From Bdellovibrionales bacterium (GTDB lineage Bacteria; Bdellovibrionota; Bdellovibrionia; Bdellovibrionales; JAGQZY01), in contig CBDCLX010000002.1 in NCBI GenBank assembly GCA_965218815.1, forward strand, positions 2,457,074 through 2,521,073: a DNA stretch of 64,000 bases, in the 5' to 3' direction. The position numbers and the translations under genes are program-made. Position 1 is the stretch's first letter. The number at the start of each line of letters is the position of its first letter. Shown in pieces: positions 40,939-50,863 of this stretch. The notes beneath the pieces were generated by a model. The model worked only from the letters and a program-made list of their open reading frames with translations. It was not told the origin of the DNA and ran no database searches.

Positions 40939-40970
40939 AAAAGTTTGTGAGAAGTGCGAGTTAGCCCGCT
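40939..40970. repeat. solo right end of the MITE-like element, abutting a possible left-end stub
   Basis: AAAAGTTTGTGAGAAGTGCGAGTTAG matches the terminus at about 22/25 nt. It is followed immediately by TTAGCCCGC, the first 9 nt of the left terminus as seen at 21426. Confidence 0.65.
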
Positions 40971-41066
40971 TAACGTACGCCGTAAGGAAAGACGAGTGCC
41001 GGAATCACCAAAAGGGAAGCAGTTGCATTTTACTTTCATGAACTTCCTATATATACAGGAACAGAA

Positions 41067-42623
41067 ATGTTGACACAAGGAATGTCTGAACAAAAATCAT
41101 TGGGGGGAAAAATCATAAAGCCCCTGGCCTCCATCAGGCTGGCTGTCTTTGTGATTCTGGCCATGGCTTCTGTGGCCGCCTGGGGAACCATTGTGGAATC
41201 CCTCTATAATGATGCCAAAAGAGCCCAGGAAACTGTCTATCATTCCTGGTACTCATACAGTGTCTTTCTGTTATTGGGTGTCAATCTGATGGCTGTTATC
41301 GTGGATCGATGGCCCTGGAAAAAAAAGCATCTTGGTTTTTTGTCAGCCCATACAGGAATTATCATCCTCATGCTGGGTTCCCTGGCCACCCGTTTTATGG
41401 GGATTGATGGTTCCATGGCCTTAAAGCCTGGGGAATCCGAAAACCATGTCATAGTGGGACAAACAGATATGGTTGCTTACAGTGGATTGATGACAGGGAA
41501 AATGCGAAAGATTTATGAGAAGGAAGTACACTTTCTCACAAACCCACCTTCCACTGACAAACCCCATGTCATCCACCTTGGCGGGGATGAAATTGTGATT
41601 GATGGATTCAGACCCTACTCTATCCCCCGGGAAGAGGTGGAGGCTTTGGATAAAGAAGAACAGGGACCTGGTCTCAGGTTTCAGATTTCAAACGATAAAG
41701 TGAGTCAGTCCGACTGGCTTCTTCTGGGTCGGTCCGATTTTCAGGAAAAAGACATGGGACCGGCTAAAATTGTGCTGGCCCGCAAAGGTCACCTGACCAA
41801 AAGCCCATCCACCGGAAATCACTTTGCGGATCAGGATGAAAGACCCTCTGAAACACAAAACCCAACAATGACAAAAGGTCATTCCGGCTATCAGAGTGAT
41901 GGTCATATACTTTTGCTGGAAAGTTCACAAAACTCAGAAACACTTGAGTACAGTCTTTTCAACCCCGATGATAACTCCAACCATGAGTCCACAACAATGA
42001 AGTCCGGAAAATCCGGCCAGCCTGGATGGAAACAGAGAAGACCCTTTAAAACAGGATTTATCAAGGCAGGTGAGTCCATTCAGACTGGATGGATGGGGCT
42101 TGAATTTCGTTTACTTAAATTTTTAAAGTCAGCCAGAAAAACATGGACCTACGAACCCATCCGGAGAGCCACTGACCAGAGTGTGCAGAGTCTTCGCTTT
42201 CGCTTCAGGGGAAAGGAGTACTGGATGGGTCTGAATTCATCAGTGCGTCTTTTTTCCGATGAGGTTTACCATGTCCTGGTTTACGCCAACCGGCAACTGA
42301 AACTGGATTTTTCATTACGCCTCAATGACTTCCGGGTGGGCCGCCAACAGGGAACCCGAAAAGCCGCTTCATATGAAAGTGATGTTTCAGTGATTTCCAG
42401 AGAGGCACAACCAAAAAACACCACCATTGCAATGAATGAACCTTTGGAACACCAGGGTTTTACTTTCTATCAGTCCAGCTTTAAGGAAGATAAAATGGGC
42501 CGTCCCATTTTATCGGTATTATCCGTAAACCGTGACCCGGGTCGCTTTTGGAAATATCTGGGAAGTTTTCTTATTGTCTTTGGAATTGTTCATCTTTTTT
42601 ATTTCAGAAATAAAAGGATTTAA
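41067..42623 (+). CDS. resB: cytochrome c biogenesis protein ResB/CcsB (System II)
   Basis: 518 aa. ResB-like topology: N-terminal TM helices, a large soluble domain and a C-terminal TM helix. Immediately upstream of ccsA. Confidence 0.8.
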   Translation: MLTQGMSEQKSLGGKIIKPLASIRLAVFVILAMASVAAWGTIVESLYNDAKRAQETVYHSWYSYSVFLLLGVNLMAVIVDRWPWKKKHLGFLSAHTGIIILMLGSLATRFMGIDGSMALKPGESENHVIVGQTDMVAYSGLMTGKMRKIYEKEVHFLTNPPSTDKPHVIHLGGDEIVIDGFRPYSIPREEVEALDKEEQGPGLRFQISNDKVSQSDWLLLGRSDFQEKDMGPAKIVLARKGHLTKSPSTGNHFADQDERPSETQNPTMTKGHSGYQSDGHILLLESSQNSETLEYSLFNPDDNSNHESTTMKSGKSGQPGWKQRRPFKTGFIKAGESIQTGWMGLEFRLLKFLKSARKTWTYEPIRRATDQSVQSLRFRFRGKEYWMGLNSSVRLFSDEVYHVLVYANRQLKLDFSLRLNDFRVGRQQGTRKAASYESDVSVISREAQPKNTTIAMNEPLEHQGFTFYQSSFKEDKMGRPILSVLSVNRDPGRFWKYLGSFLIVFGIVHLFYFRNKRI

Positions 42624-42625
42624 CC

Positions 42626-44269
42626 ATGGTTTTTAATTTTAAAAGTCTTTTGATTTTGTTTTTGTCAGGCTGGTCCTGCCTGTCACTGGCCCGGGATTTT
42701 GAATATGAGTCCCTTCCCGTTCAGGAGAATGGAAGGATCAAACCCCTTATCACCCTGGCCCGGGAGAGCCTGCAACTGATCCATGGTCGCTCCCAATTTG
42801 AAGGGAAACCGGCTCTGGATATTTTCACCACCTGGCTTTTGGTCCCTGAAGCCTGGGAGGATAAAAAAATTGTGGAAATCAATCATCATGGTCTCAAGGA
42901 GGCCCTGGGCTTTGAAAAAAACCAAAAACACTTTTCCCCGCGTCAGATCAATCAACACCCTCACCTGAATGTTCTTTTCAGTGACCTGCACAGCCGGTTG
43001 GAGAGAAAAGAAAAACTGAATCCCTATTATCAGGCCATACAGAGGTTAAAGGCACAGATTTTCACTTTTTATGAACTCAGCCGAGGTGGTGGCCTTCATG
43101 TTTTTCCCCCTGAAAACGGGAATGACACCTGGATCAGTCTGAGAGAGACAGACCAAGCCACAGCAGAAAAGTTTTTTAAAGTGATGTCATCCTATACCAC
43201 CCGGTTTGTGGAACAGGAACCTTCAGCCAGGGAAAAAGGGGAAAAGGAATTAAAACAGGCCATAAAGGACTTCACCGAAGAAGCAAAAAGGATGAATGAT
43301 AAATACCCCAAATCTTCAGACATGGCCGTTGAAGTTCATTACCAAAAGCTTAATCCCTTTTTCTGGACCTGGATCATGTATCTGCTGGCAACCCTTTTGT
43401 ACGCCCTGTCTTTTTTGAATCCAAAAGGATCAACCTCTCTGAATGTTTTTATTTTGACTGTGATCCCCCGAACAGCTTCTGTGGTTTTGGTTCTTGGCTT
43501 TTTGCTTCACACCTATGGTTTTATTTTAAGGTGTCTGATTACAGGAAGACCTCCGGTCTCCAATATGTACGAAACTGTGGTGTGGGTGGGGTGGGGTGTT
43601 ATGCTCTTTACCGGAGTTTTTTATTTTCTGAAAAAGCATCGCTTTGTGGCTTTGGCTGGAGCCTTTGTGGCTACATTCTGCATGATGGTGGCGGACTTTG
43701 CTCCGGTGATTCTGGATGATCGCCTCAATCCCCTGGAACCAGTCCTTCGGAGTAACCTCTGGCTCACAATCCATGTCATGACCATCACTCTAAGTTATGC
43801 CGCCTTCTTTTTGGCTCTTGGGGTGGGGGACTATGGTTTGTTTTTAAAAATCAGGGGAAAACATCCATCAAAAATCAGGGATCTGGCCCAAGTCACCTAC
43901 CACCTCATCCAGGTGGGAGTGGTTCTTTTGACAGCAGGAACCATTTTGGGAGGAGTCTGGGCCGATTATTCCTGGGGGCGTTTTTGGGGATGGGACCCCA
44001 AGGAAACCTGGGCCTTTATCGCTTTAATGGGTTACATTGCCCTTTTGCACGCCCGTCTGGTGGGTTGGGTGAAAGACTTCGGAATGCTCGCCGGTGCTGT
44101 TGTGGCTTTCAGTCTTGTTATTATGGCCTGGTACGGAGTGAATTTTATTCTCGGGGCCGGTCTTCATTCCTACGGTTTTGGAACAGGTGGAATCCAATGG
44201 GTTGTTGGCTTTGTGATTCTCCATTTCATCACAGCAGCCTATGCCTGGTTGTGTCATTTGTCTGATTGA
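42626..44269 (+). CDS. ccsA: cytochrome c biogenesis protein CcsA/ResC (System II haem handling)
   Basis: WWD-type Trp-rich motif WGRFWGWDPKETWA. Polytopic C-terminal half with a long N-terminal periplasmic extension. Confidence 0.85.
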   Translation: MVFNFKSLLILFLSGWSCLSLARDFEYESLPVQENGRIKPLITLARESLQLIHGRSQFEGKPALDIFTTWLLVPEAWEDKKIVEINHHGLKEALGFEKNQKHFSPRQINQHPHLNVLFSDLHSRLERKEKLNPYYQAIQRLKAQIFTFYELSRGGGLHVFPPENGNDTWISLRETDQATAEKFFKVMSSYTTRFVEQEPSAREKGEKELKQAIKDFTEEAKRMNDKYPKSSDMAVEVHYQKLNPFFWTWIMYLLATLLYALSFLNPKGSTSLNVFILTVIPRTASVVLVLGFLLHTYGFILRCLITGRPPVSNMYETVVWVGWGVMLFTGVFYFLKKHRFVALAGAFVATFCMMVADFAPVILDDRLNPLEPVLRSNLWLTIHVMTITLSYAAFFLALGVGDYGLFLKIRGKHPSKIRDLAQVTYHLIQVGVVLLTAGTILGGVWADYSWGRFWGWDPKETWAFIALMGYIALLHARLVGWVKDFGMLAGAVVAFSLVIMAWYGVNFILGAGLHSYGFGTGGIQWVVGFVILHFITAAYAWLCHLSD

Positions 44270-44334
44270 TTTCCATCAAGTGATGAAGATTATATGGTGC
44301 TTTTGGGGATTGAAAGACCCTTTTGGAGGTAACA

Positions 44335-45639
44335 ATGGTGGAATCACTGTCAAAAGTTCCAGAACTTTCCGGTTATAAAAAAGGGGATGTGGTTGTCATC
44401 TTTGGAGAACTGTTTTCCAAAGGTTATGCCAACGGAGTTGTTGAGGAGGCCAAAAAACGAGGTCTGACTGTTGTTTACTCCACTGTGGGCCGCAGGGATC
44501 AGGATGGCGGACTTCGCCCCTTAACAGAGGAAGAGGCGGCCCTTATACCCAAACCCTTTATTAACAAACCCCTTGAAGCGGGTTTTGACAGGGAACCGGA
44601 CTCCAGGGGACAAACCCCCTGTGACCAACTCAAAGGTCTTAAAATGAAGGATTGGGAGGGGGAGAACCTGAATTGGGATTCTATTCTGGAATCCAGGGAA
44701 AATGGAATCATCCGTTTTAAAAAATATCTCAATGAATATCTCAACGAACTGGAATCATACATTCCAAAGACCGCCAATGTTCTTTTTGTTCACACAATGG
44801 CTGGAGGTGTTCCCCGGGCAAAAATTATCATGCCGGTGATGAACAGGGTTTTTAAAGGACGGGGAGACCGGTTTATTCCCTCTGAAAAATTATTTCTCTC
44901 CCAACTGGGAAAGTTCAGTCAACTCAACTTCTCTGAAGTGACAGCCCACAGTTTCAAACACCTGGTGGAAATGAGTCAGGAGTTAAGGGAGTCCATTCAG
45001 GCCCGGGGAGGATATGTCTCCTATGTGGCCTACAGTTATCATGGAGCAAAGATTCTTATGGGGGATCAGTATCAGTGGCAGACCTACACCCCCTACTTTC
45101 AAGGTTGGGCCAAAATGGAATTGGAACAACATTCCAGGGATTTTAATGAACAGGGGATTGCCTGCATCGTTTTCAACTGTCCTGAAATTCTCACTAATTC
45201 CTCAGGTATTTTTCAGGGGGTGGAGGTTTCCCTCTATCCTCTCCTTGGAGCCATTGAAAAGGAAGGGGGGGAGACAGCCCTTTGCCGGGAAGTTCTGAAT
45301 GACTGTCGTGCTCTTCTTAAGGAGGAACATGACTTTAAGGAAATCATGGACTTGACTGAAGAATATATGACAAAGGACCTGACTTTGAAGTTCAGTGATT
45401 ACAGCAAATGGCCCCAGCATAATTCCATGGAACAGATGACCTCCATGCTGGATCTGTCAGACAAACTCATTGCCATGCACAGGGATCCAAAAAATCTGAT
45501 GACCTTTGCCCTTTCTGAGAAGGTTTTCAAGGCCACAGGCTCTCTAATCCTTCATCAATCCTGGCAGCAAAGAAAAACCAAACCCGTGCTTTGGCTCAAC
45601 CATGACATTATCGCCGGACAGATGGCCCAAAATTCCTAA
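44335..45639 (+). CDS. hypothetical cytoplasmic protein, possibly a very divergent FabV/TER-like (trans-2-enoyl reductase fold) homologue
   Basis: The ATG at 44335 is preceded by GGAGG. Blocks seen by eye resemble FabV: VVVIFGELFSKGYANG (Rossmann position, Gly motif degenerate), VLFVHTMAGGVPR, VAYSYHG...PYFQGWAKMELEQ...FNEQ, and IVFNCPEILTNSSGIFQGVEVSLYPLL. Confidence 0.5.
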   Translation: MVESLSKVPELSGYKKGDVVVIFGELFSKGYANGVVEEAKKRGLTVVYSTVGRRDQDGGLRPLTEEEAALIPKPFINKPLEAGFDREPDSRGQTPCDQLKGLKMKDWEGENLNWDSILESRENGIIRFKKYLNEYLNELESYIPKTANVLFVHTMAGGVPRAKIIMPVMNRVFKGRGDRFIPSEKLFLSQLGKFSQLNFSEVTAHSFKHLVEMSQELRESIQARGGYVSYVAYSYHGAKILMGDQYQWQTYTPYFQGWAKMELEQHSRDFNEQGIACIVFNCPEILTNSSGIFQGVEVSLYPLLGAIEKEGGETALCREVLNDCRALLKEEHDFKEIMDLTEEYMTKDLTLKFSDYSKWPQHNSMEQMTSMLDLSDKLIAMHRDPKNLMTFALSEKVFKATGSLILHQSWQQRKTKPVLWLNHDIIAGQMAQNS

Positions 45640-45877
45640 TAGACTAAAAAAAGTCAATATCTCTTTTTCAAGAAGACTCAAAGTCATGTTGCACCTCACA
45701 ATCCTGAAAATCGTATTGAAATTCCACATGGTTGCATTCCCCTTCAAACTCATTAAAAGCCTTTAAAACCTTTGGAGTTTTAGGGGATTCTTTAAAAATT
45801 TCCCTGACCACTGTTCTTAAATTCTCAAAAAACAGTCCTGACCCCATACAATCTGAAAGATTTTAGAGTCCCAAAAA

Positions 45878-46372
45878 TTGAAGAAAGAGGGAAAGAAGAT
45901 AGAAGAAAGTCTTGATATCTATTTAACCCCCACAGGAAGAATAAGAGATGATATTCTTGAAAAAGAAGAAGAGTTCGACGGATACTCATGTATCTTTTGT
46001 ACAAAAAATATCTCAGATAAAAACGTGGTGAGATTATATTTTGACAAGGACATTATAGAAAAGGCATTCAGAACTTTAAAGGGTGTGTCTAACATACGTC
46101 CCATCAGATTTTGGCTAGCAAAGCAAGTTAAGGCTCATGTGTTTATATGTTATCTATCTTATCTTTTGCTATCAGCACTTAAATTAGATTTGCAATCAAA
46201 AGGTATCGATATTTCTCCAGAGAAAGCCATTGAAGATTTAGAAACAATGTATAATGTCTATTTCTCCGATAAAAAGAAAAAGACACAATTCATTAAAACG
46301 GTTACATTGAGTAAATACCAAGAAAGAATTTTGAGGTCTGTGGACCCAAAGCTTTTAAAAAACATATTATGA
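45878..46372 (+). pseudogene. IS1634/IS4-family DDE transposase, C-terminal fragment only
   Basis: DGYSCIFCTKNISDKNVVRLYFDKDIIEKAFRTLKGVSNIRPIRFWLAKQVKAHVFICYLSYLL carries the Y-x2-R/K-x3-E signature region. The N-terminal DD part is missing. AT-rich. Confidence 0.75.
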
Positions 46373-46428
46373 CTTAATTGGGTAGATTTTGAGATAGCAG
46401 CCTGTTGTGTATAAAATTGGTCAAAAGT

Positions 46429-46650
46429 TCAGGTGGTTAATGCTTCATCAAGATCTTTAAAAATAGGAATCCCGTTTTTTTCTAAGCCTAGTTCTTCTCC
46501 TGAATCTTTTCCTGAGAGAAGACTATCTAGCACCCCTACTATTTTATATGTTTCCGAATGCCTAATTAATCCTTCTGCGGTCTTACCGTCGCTATAGCCG
46601 AACTGACCCTCACAATATATTAGTGCTGTTTGTTCTCTATTTGTTGTCAT
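46429..46650 (-). pseudogene. DUF1611-family protein, N-terminal 73-aa fragment
   Basis: ALIYCEGQFGYSDGKTAEGLIRHSETYKIVGVLDS...GIPIFKDLDEAL matches the DUF1611 N-terminus. Full-length proteins are several-fold longer. It is cut off next to the IS1634 fragment. Confidence 0.6.
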
Positions 46651-46832
46651 GCTTCTCCTTTTGACGAAATATTAGTGGTTTCGATATTGATTTTTTTGGA
46701 GAACTGGGACTCGTACATCGCAATTGATGCTTCAAGATTTCTTATGGCATGTGTTGGACCCAAAAAATCTTCAACAATGGCCACAGGCTTGCCATTACTT
46801 GAGTCAAGCAAGTTTCCCTTCGGATCCATCAT
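46647..46832 (-). CDS. hypothetical 61-aa ORF, likely the tail of a truncated upstream operon gene
   Basis: ATGA overlap with the DUF1611 fragment suggests a former operon. No motif recognised. Confidence 0.3.
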   Translation of the reverse strand: MMDPKGNLLDSSNGKPVAIVEDFLGPTHAIRNLEASIAMYESQFSKKINIETTNISSKGEA

Positions 46833-46914
46833 TTCGTACTTAAAAAGATTACATCTTGCTCACAAAGCACAGCTACTCCATTCAACTTATTATTTAACGT
46901 CACTTTTTTAAGGA

Positions 46915-47939
46915 GGGCTGGTCAGGTTTCTGGAAAAACGGGGACTCATTCAAAGGGATGAGGATCAGGCTTTTCTATCAATAAACCCAGACCCCACGGC
47001 CATGGACCAGGTCCAATCCTCATCGATTACTTACCGAATTGCTCTTGGCAAGCACAAAGGGCAAAAGGCCCTGACACTGAAAACCCTTTCTGAAACAAAC
47101 CACAGGGAAACAAAGCCTTTTCTGTCCAGATATTCCGGTTTCAGTCTCAATAAAGGGGTTTCCACAAAAGCTCACCAGAGGGAAAAGCCTGAAAGGATTT
47201 GTCGTTACATTTCAAGACCAGGTCTGAGTGAACAGAGACTTTCACTCAATTCCCGGGGGAAAGTGATTTATCAGTTAAAAACCCCTTATGAGAATGGAAC
47301 CACCAGGATTATCCTTGACCCTCTGGACTTTCTCTCACGACTGGCTTCCCTTGTTCCAAGACCAAAAACCAACCTCATAAGGTTTCATGGAATCTTTGCC
47401 CCAAATTTCAAACACCATCGTCTTATCACTCCAAAAACAAAAAGCCCTGAAAAACAAGCAACAAAGTCCGGAAAATCCTCTTCCATGAACTGGGCCGGGA
47501 GACTTAAAAGGGTTTTTGGAATGGACATTGAGGTTTGTTCGGAGTGTGGGGGGAAACTCAAAGTCATCTCTTCCATAGAGGGACCTGAAGTCATCAAAAA
47601 GATTCTCAACCACTTGGGACTGGAGTCAGGAATTCCAGAGCCCTGTTCTCCAAGGGGGCCACCGGAAGAGGAGGAGGTTTTCCATTTCTCATGAATCTTG
47701 TTCATTGAAGAACTCTGACGGAGAACCCGGGTTTTCTGTGATGGATTCCCTTATTCAAAAATTCACTTTTCCAACCAAATCAGGTTTGGAATCATAAATC
47801 CTCAAGAAAAACTCCTGTCAAATGACCATAAAATGGAGTTCGTAAAGCAAAAGATCAGAAAAACTCAGAAAAACCATGAAAAACGGGGTGGAAATACATC
47901 TTGATCTCTAAAAAAATATCTTTTATCCTTCTTATACAC
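46915..47939 (+). mobile_element. IS91-family element, copy A: 5'-truncated, retaining the C-terminal 230 aa of the transposase plus about 245 bp of the downstream end
   Basis: ORF 47002..47694 differs at only 5 of 230 aa from the C-terminus of the full copy at 51442..52935. The downstream sequence is shared up to ...CTTTTATCCTTCTTATACAC. Inverted relative to copy C. Confidence 0.9.
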
Positions 47940-48038
47940 GGAGCGGAATGATTCTTGTATTGTTATTCAAATGAAAATAGCTCTGGCCTAGTTGTTCGCA
48001 TATAGTCTTTGGGAGTGGAGAATGTACTCTTTAATTTA

Positions 48039-48977
48039 TCATTCATAAGAATCTCCATCATTAGACATGATCTTCAATAACCAAGGGCCACCACGTTTCC
48101 AGAATAGGTCAAAAGGGTGATTTGTGCCTGCCGATTGGATGACTGGTGACAGGAAATCAGAAAGAAAGTGTACAACATCTTTCAAGGGAAGAGCCTCAAG
48201 AGAGTTCTTTCGTAAAAAAGCAGACCACTGTATTTGTTTTTGATTATCTTGAGCAAAAGCATCAGTTAATCCAAAAGGAAGTTCACTAGGTATCTCTGTT
48301 TGCCGACGTTCAAATGTTGCCTGAATAGATTTGAGAAGTATGCCACCCTCAAAGTCACTATGGTGAGCTAAGATCCATAGATCAAAGTAGTCCTTCATAC
48401 GACTGTTGGCTATTCCGAGCTTGGTTAAAGCCTCAAGTTTCTCTGCAACAACAGTATAACGTGGATAGGCTTGTAGTCTGGGTGCTGTGAACTCCTCTAA
48501 GATTGTGGGATACTCAATATCTTCCGGGCTGGGTGTAACGGCATCCCCAAAACCTATGTCAATCTGAATGGAACACCTCATGTTTTCAATCATTGCAAGA
48601 AGAGTCACATGCAAGCCCGGATAATTGGCTTCCTTACGAATTTCCTTCACATCTACAGTTTCCGATTTAAATGTAACTCCGTCTTTTGTATCAATGTCAC
48701 AGATTTTTTTGAAATTGTTTTTGATGGTTGTTATGTCAGAAGGACCAAGGCCCAAAAAGTCTGCATCCCGTGTGGGGCGATGAGGAATGTCAAACCACAG
48801 GTCAAATAACAGGGCTCCTTTTAACAGAAAGCGATCAACATATTCAGAGACGCTGAGACGATATATTAGTCGTTCGATACAGTACCGGGTGACAAGCAGG
48901 TTGAAGTCCTGTTGATTTGCCTTGGCAATTTTGAGTAAGCGATCCCTTACAGAAGCCGCTATGTTTCTTTGGCTCAT
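48039..48977 (-). CDS. abiEii: AbiEii/AbiGii-family nucleotidyltransferase toxin (type IV toxin-antitoxin)
   Basis: 312 aa. NTase-type PTRDADFLG block. 4-nt overlap with the upstream AbiEi gene. Confidence 0.8.
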   Translation of the reverse strand: MSQRNIAASVRDRLLKIAKANQQDFNLLVTRYCIERLIYRLSVSEYVDRFLLKGALLFDLWFDIPHRPTRDADFLGLGPSDITTIKNNFKKICDIDTKDGVTFKSETVDVKEIRKEANYPGLHVTLLAMIENMRCSIQIDIGFGDAVTPSPEDIEYPTILEEFTAPRLQAYPRYTVVAEKLEALTKLGIANSRMKDYFDLWILAHHSDFEGGILLKSIQATFERRQTEIPSELPFGLTDAFAQDNQKQIQWSAFLRKNSLEALPLKDVVHFLSDFLSPVIQSAGTNHPFDLFWKRGGPWLLKIMSNDGDSYE

Positions 48978-49612
48978 GCTAACCCCTCCAAGTAAGGTCG
49001 CATGATATTAGTCACCCGACAGATTGAGGCATAATGCCAAAGCTCATCCATATTTGTTCGTTTGCTGTGCCAAGCCTCTTCGAGAGACTCCAGGGCCACC
49101 TCAAGACCAATTTTATTTCTATACTTGAAACAATCGGCAATTGTGCGAGCCACATTTGTGATACGAACAGGAACACCCTCAATTTGCTGCTCGTCAATAC
49201 CTTTAGTGAGGGCCAATCCAGAAAATCGCACAATACGCAGAGGTGGGTACTCCATTTTTGGAGGTCTGGATTTGTTGGGAATAGCAAGCCAGACCTCAAA
49301 GGGAGACTGGGTGGTTAACTCATGGACCCTCAATGCGGATAGCAGGCATATTATCCCCTGTGAACATTTACGAGAAACCTCAGCTAGGGAGATGTTTTCT
49401 GTGATAGGTTTGTCGGGCAAAGCATAAAGCCCCCTTCCCACACGAGTAAGAAGACCTTGGCGTACAAGGCGAGTCAGGGCTATGCGGGGAAGTCCACGCT
49501 GAACAAGGTCTCTTGGACGGACCAACCCATGCGAACAAGCGAGGTCTAGGATTTTTTGGCTGTGATTTCCCATAGTGTTATGATGTTCCAAAATGTCGGT
49601 AATTGTCAACAA
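48974..49612 (-). CDS. abiEi: AbiEi-family antitoxin/transcriptional regulator (type IV toxin-antitoxin)
   Basis: 212 aa. N-terminal wHTH pattern RPRDLVQRGLPRIALTRLVRQGLLTRVGRGLYALPD, with the typical C-terminal domain. Confidence 0.8.
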   Translation of the reverse strand: MLTITDILEHHNTMGNHSQKILDLACSHGLVRPRDLVQRGLPRIALTRLVRQGLLTRVGRGLYALPDKPITENISLAEVSRKCSQGIICLLSALRVHELTTQSPFEVWLAIPNKSRPPKMEYPPLRIVRFSGLALTKGIDEQQIEGVPVRITNVARTIADCFKYRNKIGLEVALESLEEAWHSKRTNMDELWHYASICRVTNIMRPYLEGLA

Positions 49613-49854
49613 ATACCGACAAAACGGAACATTCTTTATTCAAATATTTGATTTTAACCACCCAATCAACTGAGTTGTTGGGAAGCTAATTTTTCAGATG
49701 ATCTATGAACTTATAACTTCCAATTTTCAGGTATCAACCCAGTAAAAAAACGAAAAAAATAATAAAAAAACTTTGGGCCAATCTGATTATTGACATTATC
49801 CTGCCCGTAGTGATTCTCAATAAATTCTCAGGTTTTCTTGGAGAACAGGGGCCA

Positions 49855-50676
49855 CCAACCGGAAAAAACTCTTCTCTACAAGCTCATCCAGGAAAACCTT
49901 CTGAACTTCTACCATCAAATGGACAGGGACTATGAAAAGGGAATTCCCTGTTTTGTGAAAAAGGAATTTGACGAGTTTCTCAAATGTGGAGTTCTGGCCC
50001 ATGGGTTTCTAAGAGTCCAATGCACATCCTGCAACCATGAAAAGCTTGTCGCTTTTAGTTGCAAAAAACGGGGATTCTGTCCCAGTTGCGGAGCCAGGAG
50101 AATGGCTGAAGCTGCCACCCATTTGGTTGATGAGGTTTTTCCCGAAAAACCCATGAGACAGTGGGTTTTGACTTTGAACTGGGCCAGGAGACTTAAAAGG
50201 GTTTTTGGAGTGGACATTGAGGTTTGTTCGGAGTGTGGGGGGAAACTCAAAGTCATCTCTTCCATAGAGGAACCTGAAGTCATCAAAAAGATTCTCAACC
50301 ACTTGGGACTGGAGTCAGGAATTCCAGAGCCCTGTTCTCCAAGGGGGCCGAACAGGAGGAGGTTTTCCATTTTTCATGAATCTTCTTCATTGGAGAACTC
50401 TGACGGAGAACCCTGGTTTTCTGTGATGGATTCCCTTATTCAAAAATTCACTTTTCCAACCAAATCAGGTTTGGAATCATAAGTTCTCAAGAAAAACCCC
50501 ATTCAAATGAACACAAAACAGGATTCACAAAACAAAAAGATCAGAAAAATCAGAAAAACCAGAAAAATCAGAAAAACAGGGTGGGAATAGATCTTGATTT
50601 CAGAAAAAATACCTTGTTTAGAACATTAACACTCGATGTCAATCTTTCTACATAGCAACTTTTATCCTCCTTATAC
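49855..50676 (+). mobile_element. IS91-family element, copy B: internal in-frame deletion derivative
   Basis: ORF 49838..50482 joins the Zn-binding N-terminus (...CTSCNHEKLVAFSCKKRGFCPSCGARRMAE...RQWVLTL) directly to the C-terminal NWARRLKRVFGVDIEVCSECGG... This removes roughly residues 126-429 of copy C, including the HUH and Tyr motifs. It shares the downstream end, up to ...CTTTTATCCTCCTTATAC. Confidence 0.85.
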
Positions 50677-50863
50677 TCTTATGAGGTTATACTTTTAATT
50701 TATCAGAATAAAAATCATAGATTGAATATTTTAAAAGAGATGTTTATTCTGGTTAGTATGATCCTTGCGTTAATAATTTTTCTTTATGGTTTTCTTCTCT
50801 CTATCATTATTCCTCCATTGACTCCAGTAACATTTTGTACACTATGTTGTACTATTAGTATGA

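Noticed and set aside
45668-45847. An unlisted 59-aa minus-strand ORF (MGSGLFFENLRTVVREIFKESPKTPKVLKAFNEFEGECNHVEFQYDFQDCEVQHDFESS) between the FabV-like gene and the IS1634 fragment.
   Set aside because: No RBS or motif was recognised. It sits at an island junction and may be a remnant. It is worth a search but is not supportable as a gene.
46429-46832. Two small tandem ORFs with an ATGA overlap as a candidate toxin-antitoxin pair.
   Set aside because: The downstream ORF matches the N-terminus of much longer DUF1611 proteins. The pair is therefore better explained as a truncated metabolic operon.
47385-47705. A conserved 106-aa antisense ORF (MNKIHEKWKTSSSSGGPLGEQGSG...) appears at 47385..47705 and 51431..51751. 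Related ORFs lie at 49930..50370, 47335..47613, 51523..51801 and 50009..50302.
   Set aside because: It is conserved only because it lies inside the repeated IS91 copies, antisense to the transposase frame. The composition is low-complexity and no independent signal was seen.
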